DNA of 24,000 bases from Thalassospira sp. (GCF_040218635.1 NZ_JAVJRB010000004.1:67716-91715); one strand, 5' to 3'; shown: positions 7,555 through 15,524, counted from the stretch's first letter. A program made the numbers and translations. Notes: generated by a model from the letters alone, not told the origin.

Positions 7555-8838
7555 ATGGAACGCAGTTTTCATTCGCTTCGCACAGCAAACGGCTGGTCAG
7601 TGGGTGACGCAGCTGCATGGTTTGGTGTATCAATACAGAAAGTCGAGCAGTGGGATGCAGGTAACGGCAAACCTGACGAGAGATATCTGCAAGACCTTGA
7701 AGATACCTTGATATACAAAAAGAATTTCAACCGGGGCCATCCGATGAGCGACTTTACCTTTATTGACCTGTTTGCGGGAATCGGCGGTGTCCGGCGGGGG
7801 TTTGAAGCGGCTGGTGGAAAATGCGTCTTTACCAGCGAATGGGATTTGTACGCGCAAAAAACGTACCGGGAAAACTTTCCGGACGACGACCACGAGATCG
7901 CAGGCGACATAACCCGGATAAAGGCAGAAGACATTCCCGCCCATGATGTTCTTCTTGCCGGGTTCCCGTGTCAGCCGTTCTCGATTGCCGGTGTGTCCAA
8001 GAAGAATGCGCTTGGGCGCGCACACGGTTTTATGGACAAAGCCCAGGGAACCCTGTTCTTCGATGTGCTGCGTATTCTCAAGCATCACAAGCCTGCGGCC
8101 TTTATGCTTGAAAATGTCAAAAACCTTAGAAGTCATAACAAGGGCGACACATTCAAGACCATCTTGGGCGCTCTGCGTGATGAGCTTGGCTATCATGTCC
8201 AGGCAAGGGTTATCGACGGAAAAGGTTACGTTCCGCAGCACCGTGAGCGTATTTTTATTGTAGGCTTTCGAGAGGATGTGGGCTTCGACTTTGAGGCTTG
8301 TGCGTTTCCGGATGCGACTTCGGGGCCGGTTATCAGCACTATTCTTCATGCCCCGCACGAGGAACCGGAAGATCAGTTCACGTTGCCACCGGAAGATGCT
8401 CTGTCAAATGTCGCGAGCGTTGTAAATCCGAAGTACACTTTATCGGACAAGCTCTGGAAGTACCTGTTCGATTATGCCGCAAAGCACAAGGCAAAGGGCA
8501 ACGGGTTCGGGTTTGGTCTTTGTGGCCCGAATGACAAGGCCAGAACGCTTTCTGCGCGCTACTACAAAGATGGAAGTGAAATTCTGATTGATCAGGGTGA
8601 AGGCAGGAACCCGCGCCGATTGACGCCGCGTGAATGTGCTCGTCTGATGGGGTTTGATGATGACAACTTTACAATGAAAATTCCCGTTTCTGATACTCGC
8701 GCATACAAACAGTTCGGAAATTCTGTTGTTGTGCCGGTGATCAAGGAGATTGCCCGCCAGATGAAGCCTTATGTTCTAAAGAGCCTGGAATCAGAGGGGC
8801 AGGTTATTCCAGGCGAAGAGACGGTCGCAGCAGAGTGA
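7555..8838 (+). CDS. dcm: DNA (cytosine-5)-methyltransferase with N-terminal HTH regulatory domain
   Basis: All canonical C5-MTase motifs are present: I FIDLFAGIGG, IV GFPCQPFS, VI MLENVKNL, VIII QHRERIFIVG, IX RRLTPRECARLMGF, X KQFGNSVVVPV. About 60 aa of XRE-like HTH (WSVGDAAAWFGVSIQKVEQWDAGNGKP) precede motif I. I prefer the ATG at 7555 over the TTG at 7522. Confidence 0.9.
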   Translation: MERSFHSLRTANGWSVGDAAAWFGVSIQKVEQWDAGNGKPDERYLQDLEDTLIYKKNFNRGHPMSDFTFIDLFAGIGGVRRGFEAAGGKCVFTSEWDLYAQKTYRENFPDDDHEIAGDITRIKAEDIPAHDVLLAGFPCQPFSIAGVSKKNALGRAHGFMDKAQGTLFFDVLRILKHHKPAAFMLENVKNLRSHNKGDTFKTILGALRDELGYHVQARVIDGKGYVPQHRERIFIVGFREDVGFDFEACAFPDATSGPVISTILHAPHEEPEDQFTLPPEDALSNVASVVNPKYTLSDKLWKYLFDYAAKHKAKGNGFGFGLCGPNDKARTLSARYYKDGSEILIDQGEGRNPRRLTPRECARLMGFDDDNFTMKIPVSDTRAYKQFGNSVVVPVIKEIARQMKPYVLKSLESEGQVIPGEETVAAE

Positions 8839-8842
8839 TTGT

Positions 8843-9295
8843 ATGACTGACATTGTATCGCCAGCAAAACGTAGCGAGATGATGTCAGGTATACGGGGCA
8901 AAAATACCAAACCTGAAATATTGGTGCGCAAGGCCTTGCACGCCAGAGGGTTTCGGTATCGTTTGCATGGAAGGCGGCTACCGGGAAAGCCGGACATCGT
9001 TCTTCCGAAATACAATGCTGTCATATTTGTCCATGGCTGTTTCTGGCACGGACATGATTGCCATTTGTTCAAGCTGCCCAGATCACGTACCGAATTCTGG
9101 CAAGAGAAGATCAAAAGCAATCGGGAGCGAGATGTTGAAATCCGCAAGTTGTTGCTGGACAACGGTTGGCGTGTAGCCGAAGTTTGGGAATGCTCTGTTA
9201 AAGGGAAATTGCGTATCGACTTGCCCGATTTGATTGTCCGGCTTGTCAACTGGCTTACCGGGGAAGAACCTGAACTGGAAGTGCGTGGGGGATAA
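8843..9295 (+). CDS. vsr: Very short patch repair (T:G mismatch) endonuclease
   Basis: The 150-aa ORF has Vsr hallmarks: RSEMMSGIRGKNTKPE, LPGKPDIVLPKYNAVIFVHGCFWHGH, EFWQEKIKSNRERD, GWRVAEVWEC. It starts 4 nt after the methyltransferase stop. Confidence 0.9.
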   Translation: MTDIVSPAKRSEMMSGIRGKNTKPEILVRKALHARGFRYRLHGRRLPGKPDIVLPKYNAVIFVHGCFWHGHDCHLFKLPRSRTEFWQEKIKSNRERDVEIRKLLLDNGWRVAEVWECSVKGKLRIDLPDLIVRLVNWLTGEEPELEVRGG

Positions 9296-10629
9296 TGTTT
9301 GAAGAAATTTCTGCGCTGATCGGTCGAATGGCGGAATGTGGCGCAAAGAGGTTCTATGCCAAGAGATTGGCTCCAAATGACAATTCGAAGAACCAGATTT
9401 ATCTGGGAGGTGACTTTTCAGCGCTTAACGTTATCCCGCATCAGGAAATTTATACAGATAGCGACGAGGTTTCGGGAAGCAAACGGGACAGGGCCAAAGC
9501 CGGAATTTTGTTTTCATGGATCGATGAAGCAGGCTTGTATGAAGCACCTAATGCTCAGTTGATTCTTTATCCGAAGTATCCCGAAGTCAGAATGTCCGGC
9601 TTTCTGAAGGGGTGCCGGAAAGCCCCGTCAAACATCCTTAAGGTCAGGGATGAAGGTCGCGTGATGTTCCTTGGTATCACCGATGCAGGCCGTGTTTTGG
9701 GCTATGCCGTTGATCAGGTGCATCCCTTGGCTAGAGAACTCGCATCTCACCCGGAAATCTCGGAGATCGGAGTTTTCCTGGAGATCCCGTCTCGCCCCGG
9801 CGCGGGAAGTTCCCGTACCCAGTTGCTGCGAAAGTTGAAGGAAATACACAGAAAGCAATGGATTCCGTCGCAGAAACTGGGGGCGGATGGAGAAGTTCAT
9901 TCTTATGTCGCGCGGAATGGTGGTGGCTATACTCTTGAAGCAGAATTGGGGATTGCTCCGAACGGGTATGCCGAACCCGATTATCTGGGTTGGGAGATCA
10001 AGCAATTCGGAGTGCGTGATTTTAGCAGATACCTTCCAAAGGGCCCTGTTACTCTTATGACTCCCGAGCCGTCTGGAGGAATTTACAAAGACCTCGGTGT
10101 GACTGCATTCCTGCGTTCTTATGGATACAAGGATAAAAACGGTGTTCCGGACAGGCTGAATTTCGGGGGGATATATTCTTGTGATAAACCGCCTCACAAG
10201 GATACGGGACTGCGCCTGGGGTTAATCGGGTATGATGTGGCCACCGAAAAAATAACAGACATTGAAGGTGGACTGGCTTTGTTTTCAAAGGGTGATGAAA
10301 TTGCCGCTCTCTGGAAGTTTGCTTCAATAATGGATCACTGGAACAGAAAGCACGCGCAAGCAGCTTATGTGCCTTCGATTTTCCGTCAGGGGCCACCGGC
10401 TTATGCTTACGGGGCAAAAATTCTGTTATGTGAGAAAACCGACTTTAACCTGTTTCTGAATGCGATTGCTTCCGGGGCGATATATTATGATCCGGCTATA
10501 AAAATGGAACAGATGTCGTCCTTGAGCCCGAAGATAAAACGAAGAAGTCAGTTTCGTGTGAAGCATCAGAGTCTGGCTGCGCTTTATCAGAACGCGGAAG
10601 AGGTCGATCTGGAAAAGTTCGAAGACTGA
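9295..10629 (+). CDS. Putative restriction endonuclease: EcoRII-N-like N-terminal domain fused to an MvaI/BcnI (MutH-like) PD-ExK nuclease domain
   Basis: Its start overlaps the vsr stop (TAATG). The N-terminal FYAKRLAPNDNSKNQIYLGG resembles the EcoRII effector-domain block YIKRLSANDTGATGGHQVGLYIP. The C-terminal half has GGGYTLEAELGI..N..AEPDYLGWEIKQ......VTLMTPEPSG and KIKRRSQFRVKHQSLAALY. These match my recollection of MvaI (GNTGIGKTFEDLL..PDF..IEIKT..LTLFTKSP; HGTAFRI...LLEY). The match is from memory and has not been aligned. Confidence 0.55.
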   Translation: MFEEISALIGRMAECGAKRFYAKRLAPNDNSKNQIYLGGDFSALNVIPHQEIYTDSDEVSGSKRDRAKAGILFSWIDEAGLYEAPNAQLILYPKYPEVRMSGFLKGCRKAPSNILKVRDEGRVMFLGITDAGRVLGYAVDQVHPLARELASHPEISEIGVFLEIPSRPGAGSSRTQLLRKLKEIHRKQWIPSQKLGADGEVHSYVARNGGGYTLEAELGIAPNGYAEPDYLGWEIKQFGVRDFSRYLPKGPVTLMTPEPSGGIYKDLGVTAFLRSYGYKDKNGVPDRLNFGGIYSCDKPPHKDTGLRLGLIGYDVATEKITDIEGGLALFSKGDEIAALWKFASIMDHWNRKHAQAAYVPSIFRQGPPAYAYGAKILLCEKTDFNLFLNAIASGAIYYDPAIKMEQMSSLSPKIKRRSQFRVKHQSLAALYQNAEEVDLEKFED

Positions 10630-10929
10630 GGCGGTTTTTCCGGCTCGACGCGCAATTGTGCGGGGCCTGTGTGCGTAAAACGCGGGGCTGTAACAAATAA
10701 CCCGTTTGACAAGCCGAATAAACTCTGCGCATTGTGTAGTTGATATTTGATCGCTCCAGAAGCGTAGACGGGATGCAAGTCCTTCCCTGTTGAGTGATTG
10801 ACGTAAGAACGCAATGAAGTATCCAGCTACGCGGGTGCTTCCAGAACTGCAAGGCGCAGACCTGATTACTAAAATTCACCGGGCGATAGCCCAGCTGTCT
10901 GCAGCCTCTAATTTACGAGTTACTCTTAT

Positions 10930-12723
10930 TTGACCCAGTTTTCCGAACTCGGCCTGGCCGAGCCGGTCCTTCGCGCACTAGCGCAAGAAGGATATGATGC
11001 GCCCACCCCTATTCAGGCGCAATCCATCCCGTCCCTGCTCCAAGGTAAGGACCTGCTTGGTATCGCTCAGACCGGTACCGGTAAGACGGCAGCATTCGCG
11101 TTGCCGATCCTAGATCGCCTCTCCAAAACCGAAGGTCGTACACCCAAGGGTGCCTGCCGTGTGCTGGTACTTGCACCGACGCGCGAACTTGCTGCGCAGA
11201 TCGGTGAAAGTTTCCGTGCCTATGGCCGCTTCCTGAATGTCCGCGTTGCCGTGGTCGTTGGTGGTGTTGCCCCGGGTCCCCAGATCAAAGCGATTAATCC
11301 AGGTGTCGAGGTGCTTGTCGCCACCCCTGGTCGTTTGCTTGATCATGTTGATAGTGGCAAGCTGAGCCTTAAGCATGTTGACGTCGTGGTTCTTGATGAA
11401 GCCGACCATATGCTTGACCTTGGCTTCCTGCCGCCAATCAAACGCATCATCAAAATGCTTCCGCGTAACCGTCAGAACCTGTTCTTCTCGGCAACCATGC
11501 CGGGGCAGATCGGTCAGCTGGCTGGTGATATGCTTTCTGATCCGGTCAAGGTGTCGGTAACCCCGGTTTCCACCACTCAGGAACGTGTCGAGCAGTCGGT
11601 TTATCTGATCGAGCGGACCCGCAAGCGTCAGCTTTTGGCTGAACTTCTTGATAATCCGGTTTTCAAACGCACCTTGGTCTTTACCCGGACCAAGCGTGGT
11701 GCCGATCGTGTTGCCCGTCATCTTGAGGCAAACAAGATCAGTGCAGCAGCCATTCACGGCAATAAAAGTCAGAACCAGCGCGAGCGCGCTCTGAACGCCT
11801 TTAAGGACGGTCAGATCGGTGTGCTTGTTGCAACCGATATCGCAGCACGCGGTATTGATGTTGATGCTGTGACTCACGTCGTGAATTTCGAACTTCCCAA
11901 CGTCCCGGAAAGCTATGTCCACCGTATCGGCCGTACGGCCCGTGGCGGTGCCAGCGGTTGCGCAATTGCATTCTGTGATGCCGAAGAACGTGGTTTGCTG
12001 CGCGATATCGAAAGAACAACCCGTCAGACGATCCCGGTAATTGATCGTCGCGATGCCAAGCTTGCTGCTGAGCAGGAAGCGCTGTCGGACGAGCCACGCG
12101 AAACCAACCGTGGACGTCGTTCCAGTGGTGGTCAGCCGCGCGGCAACGGTGGTCGCAACAATGGTGGCAATAATAATGGTCGTCGTGGTGGCGAAGGCAA
12201 CCGCAGCGCATCTGCTGGTCGGAATGACCGGGATGGCCGTGCTGCTGGTGGTCCGCGTCGCCCGGATGATGCCCGCAAACCTGCGGTGCGTCGTGACGTC
12301 GAAGTCAATGCCCGTTCGACTGAAAAGGCCGAGGTGAATCCGGCCCTGGAAAAATCGAAAAGCCGTTTTAAAGGCGGGATCAAATCCAAGCCGGAAAATG
12401 GTCGTGGCACCGGTGCCGGTAACGGCGCGGGTCAAGCAGATGGTCGCAAGCGCCCGACGAAACGTGTGGATTCCAATGGAAACCGCCGCGACGGTGTGCA
12501 AGGTGACAATTCAATTTCTTCCGGTCTTTCCTTTATGGGAAGCACCGAGGAACGCCGCGCGAATGGCAACGGGGGCAATGCCGCCCGGACCGCCAGACCG
12601 CAAGGCAAGCGCGGCGGTGCGAACCGCAATCGCAATCAACGTGGTCCACAACCTGGCGGGCAGCCGGGTGGGGCGGGCCGCGATACATCTTCCGGTAATC
12701 AGAGAAAGCGTGACCACGCCTGA
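10930..12723 (+). CDS. rhlE: DEAD-box ATP-dependent RNA helicase (RhlE-like) with a long Arg/Gly/Asn-rich C-terminal tail
   Basis: It has a Q-motif (GYDAPTPIQ), motif I AQTGTGKT, PTRELA, VLDEADHM, SAT, and HRIGRTARGG. About 200 aa of RG/RGG/NGG low-complexity tail follow. The only in-frame start after the upstream stop is the TTG at 10930. Confidence 0.9.
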   Translation: MTQFSELGLAEPVLRALAQEGYDAPTPIQAQSIPSLLQGKDLLGIAQTGTGKTAAFALPILDRLSKTEGRTPKGACRVLVLAPTRELAAQIGESFRAYGRFLNVRVAVVVGGVAPGPQIKAINPGVEVLVATPGRLLDHVDSGKLSLKHVDVVVLDEADHMLDLGFLPPIKRIIKMLPRNRQNLFFSATMPGQIGQLAGDMLSDPVKVSVTPVSTTQERVEQSVYLIERTRKRQLLAELLDNPVFKRTLVFTRTKRGADRVARHLEANKISAAAIHGNKSQNQRERALNAFKDGQIGVLVATDIAARGIDVDAVTHVVNFELPNVPESYVHRIGRTARGGASGCAIAFCDAEERGLLRDIERTTRQTIPVIDRRDAKLAAEQEALSDEPRETNRGRRSSGGQPRGNGGRNNGGNNNGRRGGEGNRSASAGRNDRDGRAAGGPRRPDDARKPAVRRDVEVNARSTEKAEVNPALEKSKSRFKGGIKSKPENGRGTGAGNGAGQADGRKRPTKRVDSNGNRRDGVQGDNSISSGLSFMGSTEERRANGNGGNAARTARPQGKRGGANRNRNQRGPQPGGQPGGAGRDTSSGNQRKRDHA

Positions 12724-12803
12724 TTTGATTACCGAACACAAATAGGCCCACCCACACGGGGTGTGTCGTAACGCCAATCAATACTCGATAAGGAGATTTA
12801 AAG

Positions 12804-13013
12804 ATGGCAACTGGTACAGTTAAATGGTTCAACGCAACTAAAGGTTTTGGTTTCATTCAGCCTGACGAAGGCGGAAATGACGTATTCCTGCACATCAGCG
12901 CTGTTGAACGCGCTGGTATGGGTCACCCACAGGAAGGCGACAAAATCAATTACGAACTGCGTACCGACTCACGTTCGGGCCGCGTTTCGGCTGACGACCT
13001 GACTGCTGCTTAA
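12804..13013 (+). CDS. cspA: Cold-shock protein, CspA family
   Basis: The 69-aa ORF has the RNP1 motif KGFGFI (in TGTVKWFNATKGFGFIQP) and the RNP2 motif VFLHI. AAGGAGA lies upstream. Confidence 0.95.
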   Translation: MATGTVKWFNATKGFGFIQPDEGGNDVFLHISAVERAGMGHPQEGDKINYELRTDSRSGRVSADDLTAA

Positions 13014-13056
13014 TTCGGCTTGTCGTTCTTTTTGAACGGCACCGTATTATACGAAA

Positions 13057-13090
13057 CCCCCATCCGCGAAAGCGGGTGGGGGTTTTGTGT
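13057..13090. terminator. Rho-independent terminator, probably bidirectional (cspA / gntR-family gene)
   Basis: CCCCCATCCGC-GAAA-GCGGGTGGGGG is followed by TTTTGTGTTTT on the + strand. TTTCGT follows the same stem on the - strand. Confidence 0.8.
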
Positions 13091-13144
13091 TTTCGCCCGA
13101 AGCTGTCGCCATGGTTGCGGGTGATGGCATATGTGGTCCTGGTC

Positions 13145-13822
13145 CTAGGGCCGCAAGAAAGCGATCTTGGCACGGGTCGCGGCACTTAGAACATGGAAAT
13201 GCATGGCATCGCGGGCACCTGACGGGTTGTGGTCGCGGATATAGCGCAAGACCTGTTCATGTTCGGAGAGCGGGGCGGCAATCGCATTTGCATTGGCAAA
13301 GGGCAGCATCTGATTTTCATGAATGATCTGGGCTGCCGGATGCATGGCATCGGCAAACATCGGGTTGCCAGATGCCAATAGAAGAACTTCATGAAATTCC
13401 GTATCGGCCATGGCAGCCGCGATCAAATCATCGGCCTCAAGGGCGGCACGCATGTCATTGATGCTGTTTGCAAGTGTCTCAAGATGTTCTGCATTGCGCA
13501 TCTGGGCGGCAAGCCCTGCGACATAGGGTTCAATCGCCAGACGGAACTGATAGACCTGTGCCGCATGACGGTTGCGGTCCTGATCCATCGGTGTGTGAAT
13601 TTGGCGATCGGTGATGTATACGCCTTTGCCTGCATGGATATGGACAATGCCAAGGGCCTCAAGTGTGGCCAATGCTTCGCGCAGGCTGGTGCGGCTAATG
13701 CCAAGCTCGTTGGCGAGGCTGCGCTGAGGAGGTAGCGAGTCACCAGCGCCTAGCCCCTTGTTTTTTATCAAATTTCGAATGTCTCGCGCGGCGCGTTCTG
13801 GCGCGGTTTCGCTGCGTGTCAT
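13145..13822 (-). CDS. GntR family transcriptional regulator (FadR/FCD subfamily)
   Basis: It has a winged HTH (LPPQRSLANELGISRTSLREALATLEALGIVHIHAGKGVYI) and a helical FCD-type C-terminal domain with His residues. Confidence 0.85.
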   Translation of the reverse strand: MTRSETAPERAARDIRNLIKNKGLGAGDSLPPQRSLANELGISRTSLREALATLEALGIVHIHAGKGVYITDRQIHTPMDQDRNRHAAQVYQFRLAIEPYVAGLAAQMRNAEHLETLANSINDMRAALEADDLIAAAMADTEFHEVLLLASGNPMFADAMHPAAQIIHENQMLPFANANAIAAPLSEHEQVLRYIRDHNPSGARDAMHFHVLSAATRAKIAFLRP

Positions 13823-13836
13823 CTGCGTTCCTTATT

Positions 13837-13849
13837 CTGGTCAGACCAG
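13837..13849. promoter_or_regulatory. Perfect 13-bp palindrome, candidate GntR-family operator
   Basis: CTGGTCAGACCAG fits the GntR/FadR-type t.GT-N-AC.a half-site logic. It lies 15 bp upstream of the GntR start codon in the divergent intergenic region shared with the ABC operon. Confidence 0.5.
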
Positions 13850-14023
13850 TGAGGGGCGGGCGTGTATCCCGAAATTCCCTAGGTTCTGCCAGTTATGATT
13901 GCTCGGTGAGTTGAATTTACGCTTAGGAAAAAAATATTCATAGACAAAAGATCAAAAAATATGCAGCCTTCGTGTCAGGTTAAAAAAAGTGCATTAAACT
14001 CTTAGCAAAACGGGTAGAGGCTC

Positions 14024-14806
14024 ATGAAACAATTCTTCAAAACCGCAATTGCGGCTGTGGCGATGCTTGCCGCACCACTTGGTGCAGCGTCAGCCGGTGC
14101 TTTGGATACGATTGCCGAAGCAGGTGTCTTAAAGGTCGCCGTGCCGCAGGACTTTCCGCCATTTGGATCGGTCGGGACCGATATGCAGCCAAAGGGCTAT
14201 GACATCGATATGGCAGCGCTGATTGCGGAAGAACTTGGTGTGAAGCTTGAGCTGGTGCCGGTTGCATCCAGCAACCGCATTCCGTATTTGACCACCGGCA
14301 AGGTTGATCTGGTGATTTCCAGCCTTGGCAAAAACCCGGACCGTGAAAAGGTGATTGATTTCAGTGATCCATACGCCCCGTTCTATAACGGCGTGTTTGG
14401 CCCGGCGGATTTTTCGGTTGAAAAGGCGGCTGATCTTGCGGGTATGTCGGTTGGTGTCACCCGTGGTGCCATCGAAGACCTTGAGCTGACCAAAATTGCC
14501 CCGTCTGATGTTGATATCAAACGCTATGAAGACAATAACGGCACGATTTCGGCTTTCCTGTCCGGTCAGGTTGACCTGATTGCCACGGGCAATGTAACGG
14601 CGGCTGCGATTATTGAACGTGATCCGCCGCGCAAACCGGAACCGAAATTCCTGATCAAAAATTCGCCATGCTATGTCGGTTTGAACAAGGAAGAACCGGA
14701 ATTCATGGCAAAGGTCAACGAGATCATTGCCGCATCCATGGCCGATGGTCGCTTGAATGCGATTGCCGAAAAATGGCTTGGCATTCCGCTTCCGGCGGAA
14801 CTTTAA
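14024..14806 (+). CDS. Polar amino-acid ABC transporter substrate-binding protein (family 3)
   Basis: A signal peptide (MKQFFKTAIAAVAMLAAPLGAASA) is followed by an SBP_bac_3-like sequence (LKVAVPQDFPPFG..., GYDIDMAALIAEELGVKLELV). Confidence 0.85.
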   Translation: MKQFFKTAIAAVAMLAAPLGAASAGALDTIAEAGVLKVAVPQDFPPFGSVGTDMQPKGYDIDMAALIAEELGVKLELVPVASSNRIPYLTTGKVDLVISSLGKNPDREKVIDFSDPYAPFYNGVFGPADFSVEKAADLAGMSVGVTRGAIEDLELTKIAPSDVDIKRYEDNNGTISAFLSGQVDLIATGNVTAAAIIERDPPRKPEPKFLIKNSPCYVGLNKEEPEFMAKVNEIIAASMADGRLNAIAEKWLGIPLPAEL

Positions 14807-14852
14807 GCCCCTTTGACGGACTTGCCGGAATTGACGGGATTGTTGCAGATCA

Positions 14853-15524
14853 ATGGCATATAAATTTGACTTCGGCGCCATCGTGCCACATTGGGAATTG
14901 CTGTTTGACGGGGTTATTTTAACCACACAGCTGACAGTTATCGGTGCGGTGGTTGGTGTCGGGTTCGGAATCCTGGGCGCGTGGGCACGGGCATCACGCG
15001 CCCCGGTAATCAGTCCGATTGTCGGGATCTATGTCGAGCTGATCCGCAACACCCCGTTTCTGGTTCAACTGTTCTTTATCTTCTTCGGGCTTCCGGCACT
15101 TGGCGTCAAACTGACGGAATTTCAGGCTGCGGTTTTGGCGATGATTGTCAATCTGGGGGCCTATTCGACCGAGATTGTCCGGGCCGGTATTCAGGCCATC
15201 CCGCAAGGTCAAATTGAAGCGGCCCAGACGCTTGCGATGAACCGGGTTCAGATTTTCCGTTATGTGGTGATCTTGCCGGCGTTGCAGAAAATCTGGCCGG
15301 CACTTTCCAGTCAGATTGTGATTGTCATGCTTGGATCATCGGTTTGTTCGCAGATCGCGGCCGAGGAGCTGACCTTTGGGGCGAACTATATTCAGGCCCT
15401 TAATTTCCGGGCGTTTGAAGTTTATTTCGTCGTCACGGCACTTTATCTGGTGATGTCGATTTTGCTGCGTATGGGGTTAAAGGTTTTGGGCAACTTCCTG
15501 TTTGAACGGCGGCGTCATGTCTGA
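14853..15524 (+). CDS. Amino-acid ABC transporter permease (His/Glu/Gln/Arg/opine family)
   Basis: The 223-aa membrane protein has the EAA-loop region (IEAAQTLAMNRVQIFRYVVILPAL) and the NTPFLVQLFFIFFGLP block. Confidence 0.85.
   Translation: MAYKFDFGAIVPHWELLFDGVILTTQLTVIGAVVGVGFGILGAWARASRAPVISPIVGIYVELIRNTPFLVQLFFIFFGLPALGVKLTEFQAAVLAMIVNLGAYSTEIVRAGIQAIPQGQIEAAQTLAMNRVQIFRYVVILPALQKIWPALSSQIVIVMLGSSVCSQIAAEELTFGANYIQALNFRAFEVYFVVTALYLVMSILLRMGLKVLGNFLFERRRHV

Noticed and set aside
7419-10929. Possible att-like direct repeats flanking the M-V-R island. GGCGCAGA occurs near 7442 and near 10852. CTAAATTCA occurs near 7499 versus CTAAAATTCA near 10870.
   Set aside because: Matches of 8-10 nt with an indel are within chance expectation for two AT-rich regions of 130-300 bp. 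No integrase, transposase or tRNA target is present to support a mobile-element boundary.
10630-10929. A search for a tRNA, tmRNA or other known RNA gene, or a small ORF, in the 300-bp gap after the nuclease gene.
   Set aside because: I found no cloverleaf-compatible segments, no T-loop GGTTCGAATCC-type motif, and no ORF with a credible start or RBS. I treat the gap as the leader and promoter region of rhlE.
11110-12501. A 463-aa ORF antisense to the DEAD-box helicase. Similar long antisense ORFs occur at 627-1328, 3634-4386, 7630-8358, 14129-14926, 15529-16221, 16067-16807 and 19294-20172.
   Set aside because: These are shadow ORFs opposite well-supported genes. Their translations are low-complexity or Arg/Thr/Gly-rich with no recognisable motifs. 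Such ORFs are a common consequence of GC-rich third positions on the true coding strand.
12040-12723. The Arg/Gly/Asn-rich 3' third of rhlE, considered as a separate gene or a frameshifted fusion.
   Set aside because: The frame is continuous with the helicase core and has no internal start or RBS signal. Basic RG-rich C-terminal extensions are a known feature of RhlE-type helicases.
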